This document shows, one piece after another, positions 1-7,299 of a stretch of 12,089 bases of DNA. Below the pieces are notes generated by a model. The model had not been told where the DNA came from. It saw nothing but the letters and a program-made list of their open reading frames with translations, and did no database searches. The stretch's first letter is position 1. The number at the start of each line of letters is the position of its first letter. This DNA comes from an uncultured Clostridia bacterium (GTDB lineage: Bacteria; Acidobacteriota; Blastocatellia; Chloracidobacteriales; JADJPF01): positions 1 through 12,089 of the forward strand of contig CAZBMZ010000032.1 of the NCBI GenBank assembly GCA_964492845.1. Direction: 5' to 3'. A program made the translations under genes and the position numbers.

Positions 1-58
1 AATCGTGTTCCTTTACCTTCTTGATTTTATTTACAGAAATCTATTGACAGCCCCTTTG
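1..58 (+). mobile_element. 3' end of a second IS256-family copy (last 7 transposase codons NRVPLPS* at 1-24, then right terminal repeat). Partial; continues left of the window.
   Basis: Bases 1-55 align at about 90% with 2574-2630, the C-terminus and downstream end of the complete IS256 copy. Similarity is lost after cccc/ctcc + ttt, which defines the IS end. Confidence 0.7.
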
Positions 59-398
59 TTCTTTGAGGATGAACTTGAGCTAATCTTTTCCCTGTCTTTG
101 CTTCAATTGCTGCCAAAAGTGCAGCCGAGCCATTTTTTTCATAGCTATAATGCTCTCTCATAACTTTCCCATTTTGCAAAGATAGTGGCTCAATCTTGTT
201 TCCTATCAAAAAACAAGGACGCTCATCAAAACATATTACTGGATAAAGTGGGTTGTATGGTTGTTGATATAACCATAATATTTGCTCCATTCTTGCTATA
301 AACTCTGCATTTATACACCCTATACACCAAGTCTTTTTCAAATGTGGTTTTAATTCGTTTTTTTTAGGATATTTCCCACTTGGGTATGCGATATTTTC
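27..398 (-). CDS. IS630-family transposase orfB (start of DDE domain). Reached from orfA by a -1 frameshift and C-terminally truncated.
   Basis: The frame stays open upstream to 398 and overlaps the last 16 codons of orfA in the -1 frame. Translation contains VICFDERPCFL, the first catalytic D region of IS630 transposases. The last ~9 residues are encoded by the IS256 end sequence. Confidence 0.75.
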   Translation of the reverse strand, partial: ENIAYPSGKYPKKNELKPHLKKTWCIGCINAEFIARMEQILWLYQQPYNPLYPVICFDERPCFLIGNKIEPLSLQNGKVMREHYSYEKNGSAALLAAIEAKTGKRLAQVHPQRTKGLSIDFCK

Positions 399-772
399 TC
401 ACAATAGCCCAATTCTACTACTTTGTTTGCCAATAGCCTTAAATCCCACCTTGCATGTCCTGTTGGTGCTTGACTACACGCTAATGCTGTTATTTTTGCT
501 CTTTGTATTCCATCTATTTCTATTGGTCGGCCTGGTCTGGGCAAGTCTTCTAAAAACTTTAGCCCTTCTCTTTTGTACTTTTCTCTCCATTCTGCTACTG
601 TTACCCCTCTTACTCCTAGTGTTTGGGCTATTTCTTCCAGTGTTTTTCCTTTTTCCATTTCCAGTAGTCCTATCGCTCTTTTGTATACCCTTACTGGCTG
701 TTTTCCTTTATTTACTATCTCTTCTAATTTATCGTAATCTTCTTGTGTTAATTTGATGTGTTGTTTTTTCAT
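350..772 (-). CDS. IS630-family transposase orfA (N-terminal HTH DNA-binding part, 140 aa), ATG start.
   Basis: N-terminal HTH region typical of IS630/Tc1 transposases (KGKTLEEIAQTLGV, PRPGRPIEID). Ends ...ILKKTN* inside an A8 run. Confidence 0.85.
   Translation of the reverse strand: MKKQHIKLTQEDYDKLEEIVNKGKQPVRVYKRAIGLLEMEKGKTLEEIAQTLGVRGVTVAEWREKYKREGLKFLEDLPRPGRPIEIDGIQRAKITALACSQAPTGHARWDLRLLANKVVELGYCEKISHTQVGNILKKTN
358..365 (-). promoter_or_regulatory. Putative -1 programmed ribosomal frameshift site (A AAA AAA heptamer within an A8 run) joining orfA and orfB.
   Basis: The + strand carries T8 at 358-365. In the orfA frame this reads CTA AAA AAA ACG. A slip back by 1 nt enters the open orfB frame. 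Confidence 0.55.
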
Positions 773-859
773 TCTTACATTTTTTCACATTTTTCTGAAA
801 AAATCTAAGTTTATTTAATTTACGCTGTACTAAGAGAAAATAGGTGTGAATTTGTCTTA

Positions 860-1126
860 GTGGCGAAAGATAGTTCACATCTTGAATTAGCACAGCTTAT
901 AGAGCAACATCAGAGTGATGGATTAATTGAGCAAGGAAGTTGGACATCTCAAGTTGGTAAAAAAACTAGACATTATGAATATAGGATTCTACATCATGTT
1001 GATTTAACCAAAAGTAAAAAGGTAAATCTAAACTACTTTGAAGTTTGGGAACGTGACTCTTCTAATTCTTTACTCTATCATAATAGTTGGGTTACTGACT
1101 TTAGAGTTACTAAAGAGAGGGTGTAA
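860..1126 (+). CDS. Hypothetical 88-aa ORF with GTG start. Likely a fragment of a gene disrupted by the IS insertions.
   Basis: Open frame with host-like T-ending codon usage. GTG start directly after a stop, with no convincing SD, and no family recognised. Confidence 0.3.
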   Translation: MAKDSSHLELAQLIEQHQSDGLIEQGSWTSQVGKKTRHYEYRILHHVDLTKSKKVNLNYFEVWERDSSNSLLYHNSWVTDFRVTKERV

Positions 1127-1212
1127 ACTAAATTGTGTAAATGGCAAAGAAAAGAAAATAATGGGGATAAAAGGGAAAAGCTTTTCATCAAAGTGCAATT
1201 ATAAGCTAGCTC

Positions 1213-1272
1213 ATTTTTTGTCAAGTTTTTCTAAAACGCTCGTAAATACTCGCTAAAAACTTGACAAAAAAT
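1213..1272. repeat. Perfect 18-bp inverted repeat with a 24-nt spacer: ATTTTTTGTCAAGTTTTT at 1213-1230 and AAAAACTTGACAAAAAAT at 1255-1272.
   Basis: Read directly from the sequence. The right arm coincides with the presumed left terminal repeat of the IS256 element. Confidence 0.8.
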
Positions 1273-2633
1273 ATCGCTTCGCTTTCATATTTGCACTTAA
1301 GGATGAAAAGCTAGAAGAGAAAACCTATTACTGCCCAAAACTTTGAGCAGTAAATTAAGTACAAAAGGAGAAGAAAAAATGCCAATTACACGAGAAATAC
1401 TAAACGAAATAATGAAAGATTATAGCAGTCCAGAAGACCTATTAGGAGAAAAAGGATTATTACATCAACTAACAAAAGCCTTGATAGAGAAAGCACTAGG
1501 AGCAGAGTTAACAGAACATTTAGGCTATGAAAAATACGAAGAAAAAGGAAGAAATAGTGGAAATAGTAGAAATGGAAGTAGTAAAAAGAAATTGATAGGA
1601 AAACAAGGAGAAATAGAAGTAGAAATACCCCGAGACAGAAATGCAGAATTTCAACCACAACTAATAAAGAAAAATCAAAAGCGATTTGATGGATTTGATG
1701 ATAAAGTAATTTCAATGTATTCTCGCGGGATGACAACACGTGAAATACAAGCACACTTAGAAGAAATATATGGAGTAGAAGTCAGTGCAGCCTTAATAAG
1801 TGAAGTAACAAACGCAGTAATAGAGGAAGTCCGAGCTTGGCAAACTAGACCCTTAGATGCAGTATATCCAATAGTTTACCTAGATGCTATACAAGTAAAA
1901 ATACGCACAGAAGGAAAAGTCAGTAATAAAGCGATATATTTAGCAATAGGGGTAAATTTGAAAGGATACAAAGAAGTATTAGGAATGTGGGCTAGTGAAA
2001 ATGAAGGGGCTAGATTTTGGTTGAGTGTAGTGACAGAGTTAAAAAATCGTGGAGTGAAAGATATATTTTTGGCTTGCATAGATGGCCTTAAAGGATTTCC
2101 AGAAGCTATAGAATCGGTGTTTCCAAAAACTCAGATACAACTTTGTGTAATTCACGTAATTCGTAATTCTTTGGCTTACGTATCCTATAAAGACCTTAAA
2201 AAGATTGTTGTAGATATGAAGCTTATTTATCAAGCAGTTACCGAAACTGACGCTGAAATTGCCCTAGAGCTTTTTGCTGATAAATGGCAATCCCGTTATC
2301 CTATGGCTGTCCAAGTCTGGAAAAGCAACTGGCGACATATTCGCACTTTTTTTGCTTTCCCTTTAGAAATTCGCAAAGCTATTTATACTACTAATGCTAT
2401 TGAGTCTGTTAATTTTTCTTTGCGTAAGATTTCTAAAAACCGAGCTTTGTTTCCCAATGATGAAAGTGTTTTTAAGCTTTTTTACTTAGCTATTAAAAAC
2501 ATTTCTAAGAAGTGGACTATGCCTATTCAAAACTGGATTGATACCATTAACCAGTTTTCTATTTTCTTTGAAGATCGTGTTCCCTTACCCTCTTGATTTT
2601 TATTTACACAATTTGTTTGACACCTCCTTTCTA
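1253..2633 (+). mobile_element. Complete IS256-family insertion sequence (~1.38 kb).
   Basis: Single 405-aa Mutator/IS256-type transposase. The right end is defined by comparison with the second copy at 1-58. The left end is approximate: the presumed left terminal repeat is an imperfect match to the reverse complement of the right end. Confidence 0.75.
1379..2596 (+). CDS. IS256-family (Mutator-like) DDE transposase, 405 aa.
   Basis: ATG at 1379 preceded by AAGGAG at 1365-1370. The track ORF starts at TTG 1343, which is less likely. Motifs: VYLDAIQVKIR, CIDGLKGF and TNAIESVN, matching the IS256 DDE signature. Confidence 0.9.
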   Translation: MPITREILNEIMKDYSSPEDLLGEKGLLHQLTKALIEKALGAELTEHLGYEKYEEKGRNSGNSRNGSSKKKLIGKQGEIEVEIPRDRNAEFQPQLIKKNQKRFDGFDDKVISMYSRGMTTREIQAHLEEIYGVEVSAALISEVTNAVIEEVRAWQTRPLDAVYPIVYLDAIQVKIRTEGKVSNKAIYLAIGVNLKGYKEVLGMWASENEGARFWLSVVTELKNRGVKDIFLACIDGLKGFPEAIESVFPKTQIQLCVIHVIRNSLAYVSYKDLKKIVVDMKLIYQAVTETDAEIALELFADKWQSRYPMAVQVWKSNWRHIRTFFAFPLEIRKAIYTTNAIESVNFSLRKISKNRALFPNDESVFKLFYLAIKNISKKWTMPIQNWIDTINQFSIFFEDRVPLPS

Positions 2634-3414
2634 TGTAAGAAGTATTAATCCAACCACTACCTTGAGAAAGAGCAATTAGCTTTTCTACAGCCTCAAGACT
2701 ACCTTTGACAAACCTATGTTGGACTCCAACTACAAGTTTACCACTATATTGTTTGACTACTTGAGCAATCATTAGACCAGGCCACACTTTGAACTTTAGT
2801 CTTGATTGCCCATCTTGTTTTTCTTTATCTCTAAATGCTTGTAAACTTGCTCTTATATAAGAAACTAATCCATCTACACATATTAATATTTCTCCTGCCT
2901 TTGCACAGGCTCTAATTTTTCTCATCAATTCACTTATCAAGGCCATATCCCTATTTTTACTTATTACTCCTCCTAACCATAGCCTCGTTTGAACCATTAT
3001 CCCCATTGCCATCCACACTATTATTCCTTGTGGTTTCACTCTTATTTCGTCACATTGTACTTGTCCTATTTCTCTTGGCTTTTCTATCACCTCCTTATGA
3101 ACTTTTTCGCAGTGATTTCCCGCCTTGTTTTGCCAATTTCTTACTGTTCTTTCATCTAGCCCCATTGCCATAACTATTGCTTGTATTGGACATCCATTTC
3201 CTACTAATGTTATTACTGTTTCCACTAAGTCTATTTCCTGCTTTACTTTATGTATTCTGTAGTAAGCCGTCCCTTTGCTTTGTGCAAACGTTTTTTTACA
3301 TTCCTTGCACTTGTACCTTTTCTCTTTCTAACTATGTATTTTTATGTTCCCTTTTCCTACTTCCCCTCTAGCAATGCATTCCATATTCGGGCAAAATACT
3401 TCTGTTGAGTTCAT
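2527..3414 (-). pseudogene. IS1-family transposase with an in-frame TAG stop at codon 29 (3328-3330). The last ~34 codons are read from IS256-derived sequence.
   Basis: ATG at 3414. Translation: MNSTEVFCPNMECIARGEVGKGNIKIHS*KEKRYKCKECKKTFAQSKG...VETVITLVGNG...QVQCDEIRVK...ILICVDGL...YIERR. This gives a Cys4 zinc ribbon followed by InsB-like DDE motifs. The same frame is open from 3414 to 2530 apart from the TAG. Confidence 0.8.
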
Positions 3415-3485
3415 ACTGATAGTCCTTTCTTTTTTATCTCAATTTTGATTATCAGTATTTTTCTCTACTTTTTCAATCCTTACCC
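2633..3485 (-). mobile_element. IS1-family element remnant, 3'-truncated by insertion of the complete IS256 copy.
   Basis: IS1-type zinc-finger plus DDE transposase. GGTAAGG at 3478-3484 (minus strand) resembles the IS1 terminal GGTAATG. ACTGATA motifs lie near the start codon as in IS1. Homology to InsB stops at the ...YIER codon, exactly at the IS256 boundary (~2631). Confidence 0.6.
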
Positions 3486-3588
3486 TTGGCCACGGTTAAT
3501 TGGAGTGCTACCCGTCAATTCTCTATTCCAATACTTCAATTATAAACTTCTTCCTCTTACAAGTTATCCATGTTTTAGCAAAATTTAG

Positions 3589-3640
3589 TTGACCTTTTTA
3601 CCATTGCCATTTACTTTTAAGAAAATCAAACGTTTGTTTT
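3589..3640 (+). promoter_or_regulatory. Putative sigma70-type promoter (TTGACC, 17-nt spacer, TACTTT) plus a perfect 10-bp palindrome CAAACGTTTG (3627-3636). The palindrome is a candidate TetR operator.
   Basis: Read from the sequence. The palindrome lies between the -10 hexamer and the TetR start codon. A related half-repeat AATCA(A/T)C(T/C)GTTTG recurs at 3641-3653. Confidence 0.35.
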
Positions 3641-3663
3641 AATCATCTGTTTGAATTATAAAA

Positions 3664-4338
3664 ATGGCAAATAATTTATTAGAAAATCAAGAAGAATTAG
3701 GGACTAAGCATCGGCTACTAGCAGTTGCAGAAAGGCTTTTTGCTGAACGAGGGCTAGCAGCAACAAGTATTCGAGACTTGGCACGGGAAGCAGAAGTCAA
3801 CATTGCTGCGGTAAATTATTATTTTGGGAGCAAAGAAAATCTTTACCTAGAAACATTGCGCTATGCTTTTCAACAAACAGGCGTAAGTTCTCCAGAATTT
3901 GAAAAAATAGTTAAAAAAGCCGAAGCCATTAATACAAAAGAAGCGGCTGAAATAGCTATTACTAAATATATTGAAGAATTTCTTCTCTTGATTCTTTCCT
4001 CTGATCAAGCACGCCGGCATGCTTGTTTAATGAGTAGAGAAATCAGCGACCCTACACCAGCTTTGGACGTTATTGTTCAAGAATTTATTTTGCCCAAAAA
4101 TAGAGCTTTATCTAGATTAATTGCTCAAGTTCAACCTGCTTTAGCAAATTCTGACAAGCTTCCGCTTTATACTATTAGTATTGTTTCTCAATGTCTACAT
4201 TATCATTTTGCCCTACCAATTATCTTAAAAGTACTTAATCAAAAAGAAATGACTCCAGACTTAATTAGTCGTATTGCTAAACATATTGCTGAGTTTTCCC
4301 TAACAGCATTAAAAGGTGTAAATCAAATAGAGGTCTAA
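3664..4338 (+). CDS. TetR/AcrR-family transcriptional regulator, 224 aa.
   Basis: N-terminal HTH LLAVAERLFAERGLAATSIRDLAREAEVNIAAVNYYFGSKENLY is the canonical TetR_N signature. Stop codon lies 2 nt before the next start. Confidence 0.9.
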   Translation: MANNLLENQEELGTKHRLLAVAERLFAERGLAATSIRDLAREAEVNIAAVNYYFGSKENLYLETLRYAFQQTGVSSPEFEKIVKKAEAINTKEAAEIAITKYIEEFLLLILSSDQARRHACLMSREISDPTPALDVIVQEFILPKNRALSRLIAQVQPALANSDKLPLYTISIVSQCLHYHFALPIILKVLNQKEMTPDLISRIAKHIAEFSLTALKGVNQIEV

Positions 4339-4340
4339 AT

Positions 4341-5462
4341 ATGTTACGTATTGCCTTACAAATGCTTATTGGTGATCGCGCTAAGTATATTACTTTGGTT
4401 AGTGGATTAGCTTTTGTTTCTTTATTATTTATTCAACAAGGGTCGGTTTTCTGTGGATTAATGCTTCGTACTGCTAAACCTATAGAAACCGTTGGGGCGC
4501 AAATTTGGGTAGCAGATCCTACACTACAATCTATAGATGAGTCTAAACCTTTATTAGACACAGATTTAACACGTGTGCGAAGTGTGCAAGGCGTAAAATG
4601 GGCAGTTCCTTTATTTTTAAGACAAACTCAAGTCAGATTAAAAACAGGTAAATTTCAAACTGTAAGACTTTTTGGTTTAGATAACGCTAGTTTAGCAGGT
4701 CGTCCTGGCAAAATGCTTGAAGGTGATACATCTGCGCTTAACTCCCCTGATTCTGTAATAATTGGAAAAGCGGAAGCAGAACGCTTAGGTAGCCCTAAAA
4801 TTGGTGATACTTTTGAAATTAATGACCGTCTTGCTCGTGTAGTTGGAATTGCGGACGTTCCAAGAGATTTTCTATCTAACCCTTATGTTTACACTACTTA
4901 TGACCGTGCATTACAATATTCACCTCGCCAGCGTAAACAACTTAATTTTATTTTAGTCCAAGCTCAAGACTCTTTAGACCCTAAAGAACTTGTGGAAACT
5001 ATTAAAAAATCTACAGGTCTGGCTGCTTATACTAAAGAAGATATGGAGTGGCTTACTATTGGCTACTATATGAAAAATACTGGCATTCCAATTAATATTG
5101 GGATTTCTTTAACCCTAGTTTTTCTTGTTGGAATGGCTATTGCAGGACAAACATTTTATGCTTTTGCCCTACAAAATGAGCGTTATTTTGGCGCGCTTAA
5201 AGCAATGGGAACTAGTAGTTTTACATTAGTTAAAATGATTTTACTTCAAAGTTTAACAGTAGGAATAATTGGCTATAGCATTGGTTCTGGAGCAGGCTGC
5301 CTTATTGGTTGGGTTAATCAAACTGGCCGACTAGCATTCTTTACCCCCTATCAACTACTGTTAATTAGTTTTATTATAACAATTCTAATCTGCATGGTAG
5401 CTAGTTTAATTAGCATTAAACGAGTCTTACAATTAGAACCTGCCGTAGTTTTTCGTAGCTAA
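4341..5462 (+). CDS. ABC exporter permease, FtsX/MacB-type (DevC-like), 373 aa.
   Basis: N-terminal TM segment, a large extracytoplasmic domain, and a C-terminal hydrophobic three-helix FtsX-like region. Translationally coupled to the flanking genes. Confidence 0.8.
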   Translation: MLRIALQMLIGDRAKYITLVSGLAFVSLLFIQQGSVFCGLMLRTAKPIETVGAQIWVADPTLQSIDESKPLLDTDLTRVRSVQGVKWAVPLFLRQTQVRLKTGKFQTVRLFGLDNASLAGRPGKMLEGDTSALNSPDSVIIGKAEAERLGSPKIGDTFEINDRLARVVGIADVPRDFLSNPYVYTTYDRALQYSPRQRKQLNFILVQAQDSLDPKELVETIKKSTGLAAYTKEDMEWLTIGYYMKNTGIPINIGISLTLVFLVGMAIAGQTFYAFALQNERYFGALKAMGTSSFTLVKMILLQSLTVGIIGYSIGSGAGCLIGWVNQTGRLAFFTPYQLLLISFIITILICMVASLISIKRVLQLEPAVVFRS

Positions 5463-5465
5463 AAT

Positions 5466-6203
5466 ATGAAAATACAAGATAATCAACTAACAAACTATGA
5501 TATAGCAGTGTCTTTAACTAAAGTATCTAAAACTTTTGGTGTTGGAGACACTCAAGTTAAAGCATTAAAAACAGTGGATTTACAAGTTTCTTGTGGTGAA
5601 TTACTTTTACTAGTGGGCCCGTCTGGATGTGGTAAAACTACTTTATTAAGTGTGATGGCTGGAATACTGGATAATGATGATGGTGTAGTTGATGTTTTTG
5701 GTGTAAGAGTAGATAAATTAAGTCAGGCTCAAAAAACTAATTTTCGTCGTCAATATGTAGGTTTTATTTTTCAACAATTTAATTTAATACCAACTTTAAC
5801 AGCAGCAGAAAATGTTGCTATTCCTCTACTTATCGCTAAAACTCCTTATTCAAAAGCTGTAAAAAAAGGGCGGGAGTTTTTATCTTTAGTAGGGCTAGGC
5901 GAAAGAACAGAATTTTTTCCTACACAACTTTCAGGCGGACAACAACAACGTGTTGCTATTGCTCGTGCTTTAGTATCTGAACCTAGGCTTATTGTCTGTG
6001 ATGAACCTACTGCTAGTTTAGATGGAGATACAGGAAAATTAGTTATGGAGATGTTCCGACGTACCGCACTTAGCAAAGATCGAGCAATTATTGTTGTAAC
6101 ACATGATAACCGTATTTTTTCTTATGGCGACCGAATAGCAGAAATGTTAGATGGGCAAATCGTCAATGTTCATAATAACCATAATGATTTAGTACATCAA
6201 TAA
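5466..6203 (+). CDS. ABC transporter ATP-binding protein (DevA/MacB/LolD-type), 245 aa.
   Basis: Walker [13 protein letters not shown] signature [15 protein letters not shown], Walker [14 protein letters not shown]-loop VVTHD. Confidence 0.95.
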   Translation: MKIQDNQLTNYDIAVSLTKVSKTFGVGDTQVKALKTVDLQVSCGELLLLVGPSGCGKTTLLSVMAGILDNDDGVVDVFGVRVDKLSQAQKTNFRRQYVGFIFQQFNLIPTLTAAENVAIPLLIAKTPYSKAVKKGREFLSLVGLGERTEFFPTQLSGGQQQRVAIARALVSEPRLIVCDEPTASLDGDTGKLVMEMFRRTALSKDRAIIVVTHDNRIFSYGDRIAEMLDGQIVNVHNNHNDLVHQ

Positions 6204-6231
6204 GATAGAGGGATTAGAAGGAATAATAAGT

Positions 6232-7299
6232 ATGAGAAAATATGCCAGTATTTTATTAGCACTAATTGGAATAAGTTTTGCAGTTTATTGGGTAAAAGTC
6301 TCTGCTCGTCCAACACCTATTGCCCAACCGCTTAATGAACCTGCACAAAACACTTATGATCAAACTATTGCTGGTGCAGGAATTATTGAAGCAGCAGGAC
6401 GTAATATTCAAATTAACCCTCCTATTGCTGGTCAAGTTACACAAATCTTTGTTAAAGAAAATGATTTGGTGAAAACAGGTGATAAACTCTTTTTGATAGA
6501 TGATCGGGAGCAACGCTCTAAAATTGTTAGTGCTGATGCTAATATTGCCCGTGCTGAAGCAACTTTAGCTACAGCACACGCTGATATTGCTACTCAAGAA
6601 GCAGCTAAACAAAGTGCTGATGCTAATATCTCTCAATTAAAAGCATTGCTAGAAGACAATGAACAAGTTTTAGCTAGTAATGAAAAACTTTATCAGACTG
6701 GTGTAATTGCCTTTTTAACTTATAATACTAGCTTAAAGGCTCGTGATGCTGCAAAAGCTCGTGTAAGTCAAGCTGAAGCACAATTTCAACAAGCAGATGC
6801 GTTGCTTAATAGTGCAACAGCTAGAATAAAAGAAGCAGAAGCCAATTTAAGTGTCTTAAAAGCGCAACGAGCAGAACTTTTAGTTAATTTAGAGAGATTA
6901 ACAGTTACTGCACCGCAAACTGGCCGAGTTCTACAGCTTAATATCCGTGTTGGAGAAATGATTACAGCTAATCCAATTCAAGCATCAATGTTGATTGGAG
7001 AGACAGATTTTTTACAAGTTCGAGTAGATATAGATGAGGTTAATGCTGTTAAATTTTCTTCTGGAAGCCAAGCAATTGCACATCTAAAAGGAGATTCAAA
7101 TAAAAAAATTCCTCTAGAGTTTATTAGAATAGACCCTTATATTTTGCCAAAGAAAAGCTTAACTGGTGATAATACTGAGCGTGTAGATATTCGTGTCTTG
7201 CAAGTAATTTATAGATTTTCACCTCCAACTTTTCCTGTTTATGTTGGTCAACAAGTAGATGTGTTTGTTGATGCAGCACCCAAAGTTGCAACCAAATAA
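6232..7299 (+). CDS. HlyD-family membrane-fusion (periplasmic adaptor) protein, DevB/MacA-like, 355 aa.
   Basis: N-terminal TM anchor ILLALIGISFAVYWV, a biotin-lipoyl-like segment (PIAGQVTQIFVKENDLVKTGDKLFLID), and a long Ala/Gln-rich coiled coil. SD GAAGGAA lies upstream. Confidence 0.85.
   Translation: MRKYASILLALIGISFAVYWVKVSARPTPIAQPLNEPAQNTYDQTIAGAGIIEAAGRNIQINPPIAGQVTQIFVKENDLVKTGDKLFLIDDREQRSKIVSADANIARAEATLATAHADIATQEAAKQSADANISQLKALLEDNEQVLASNEKLYQTGVIAFLTYNTSLKARDAAKARVSQAEAQFQQADALLNSATARIKEAEANLSVLKAQRAELLVNLERLTVTAPQTGRVLQLNIRVGEMITANPIQASMLIGETDFLQVRVDIDEVNAVKFSSGSQAIAHLKGDSNKKIPLEFIRIDPYILPKKSLTGDNTERVDIRVLQVIYRFSPPTFPVYVGQQVDVFVDAAPKVATK

Larger units (their letters stand above)
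56..860 (-). mobile_element. IS630-family (Tc1/mariner-like) element remnant, 3'-truncated by the IS256 copy at the left edge.
   Basis: Contains IS630-type orfA/orfB transposase. Combined length of about 260 aa is short of the typical ~340 aa, and the orfB frame runs into the IS256 terminal repeat. The right (5') boundary near 800-880 is an estimate. Confidence 0.6.

Noticed and set aside
427-756. 109-aa + strand ORF rich in Leu/Phe
   Set aside because: Antisense to the IS630 orfA coding sequence. The low-complexity hydrophobic translation is typical of a T-rich antisense strand.
1130-1252. Possible missing 3' part of the IS1 element on the far side of the IS256 insertion
   Set aside because: Translating the reverse strand of 1130-1252 in all frames gives nothing resembling the IS1 InsB C-terminus (…HNLNLRQ…RKSLSFSK…). 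There is also no matching 8-bp target duplication, so the simple-insertion model is not supported.
1038-1256. 72-aa + strand ORF overlapping the end of the 860-1126 ORF and the 18-bp inverted repeat
   Set aside because: Alternative frame over intergenic or IS-flank DNA with low-complexity sequence. It has no RBS and is probably spurious.
1386-2233. Minus-strand ORFs 1386-1754, 1876-2079 and 2039-2233
   Set aside because: All lie antisense within the IS256 transposase gene. They are low-complexity and lack independent start signals.
3177-3371. 64-aa + strand ORF
   Set aside because: Antisense to the IS1-family transposase. Hydrophobic low-complexity artefact.
5846-6513. Minus-strand ORFs 5846-6076 and 6262-6513
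   Set aside because: Embedded antisense in the well-supported ABC ATPase and adaptor genes.
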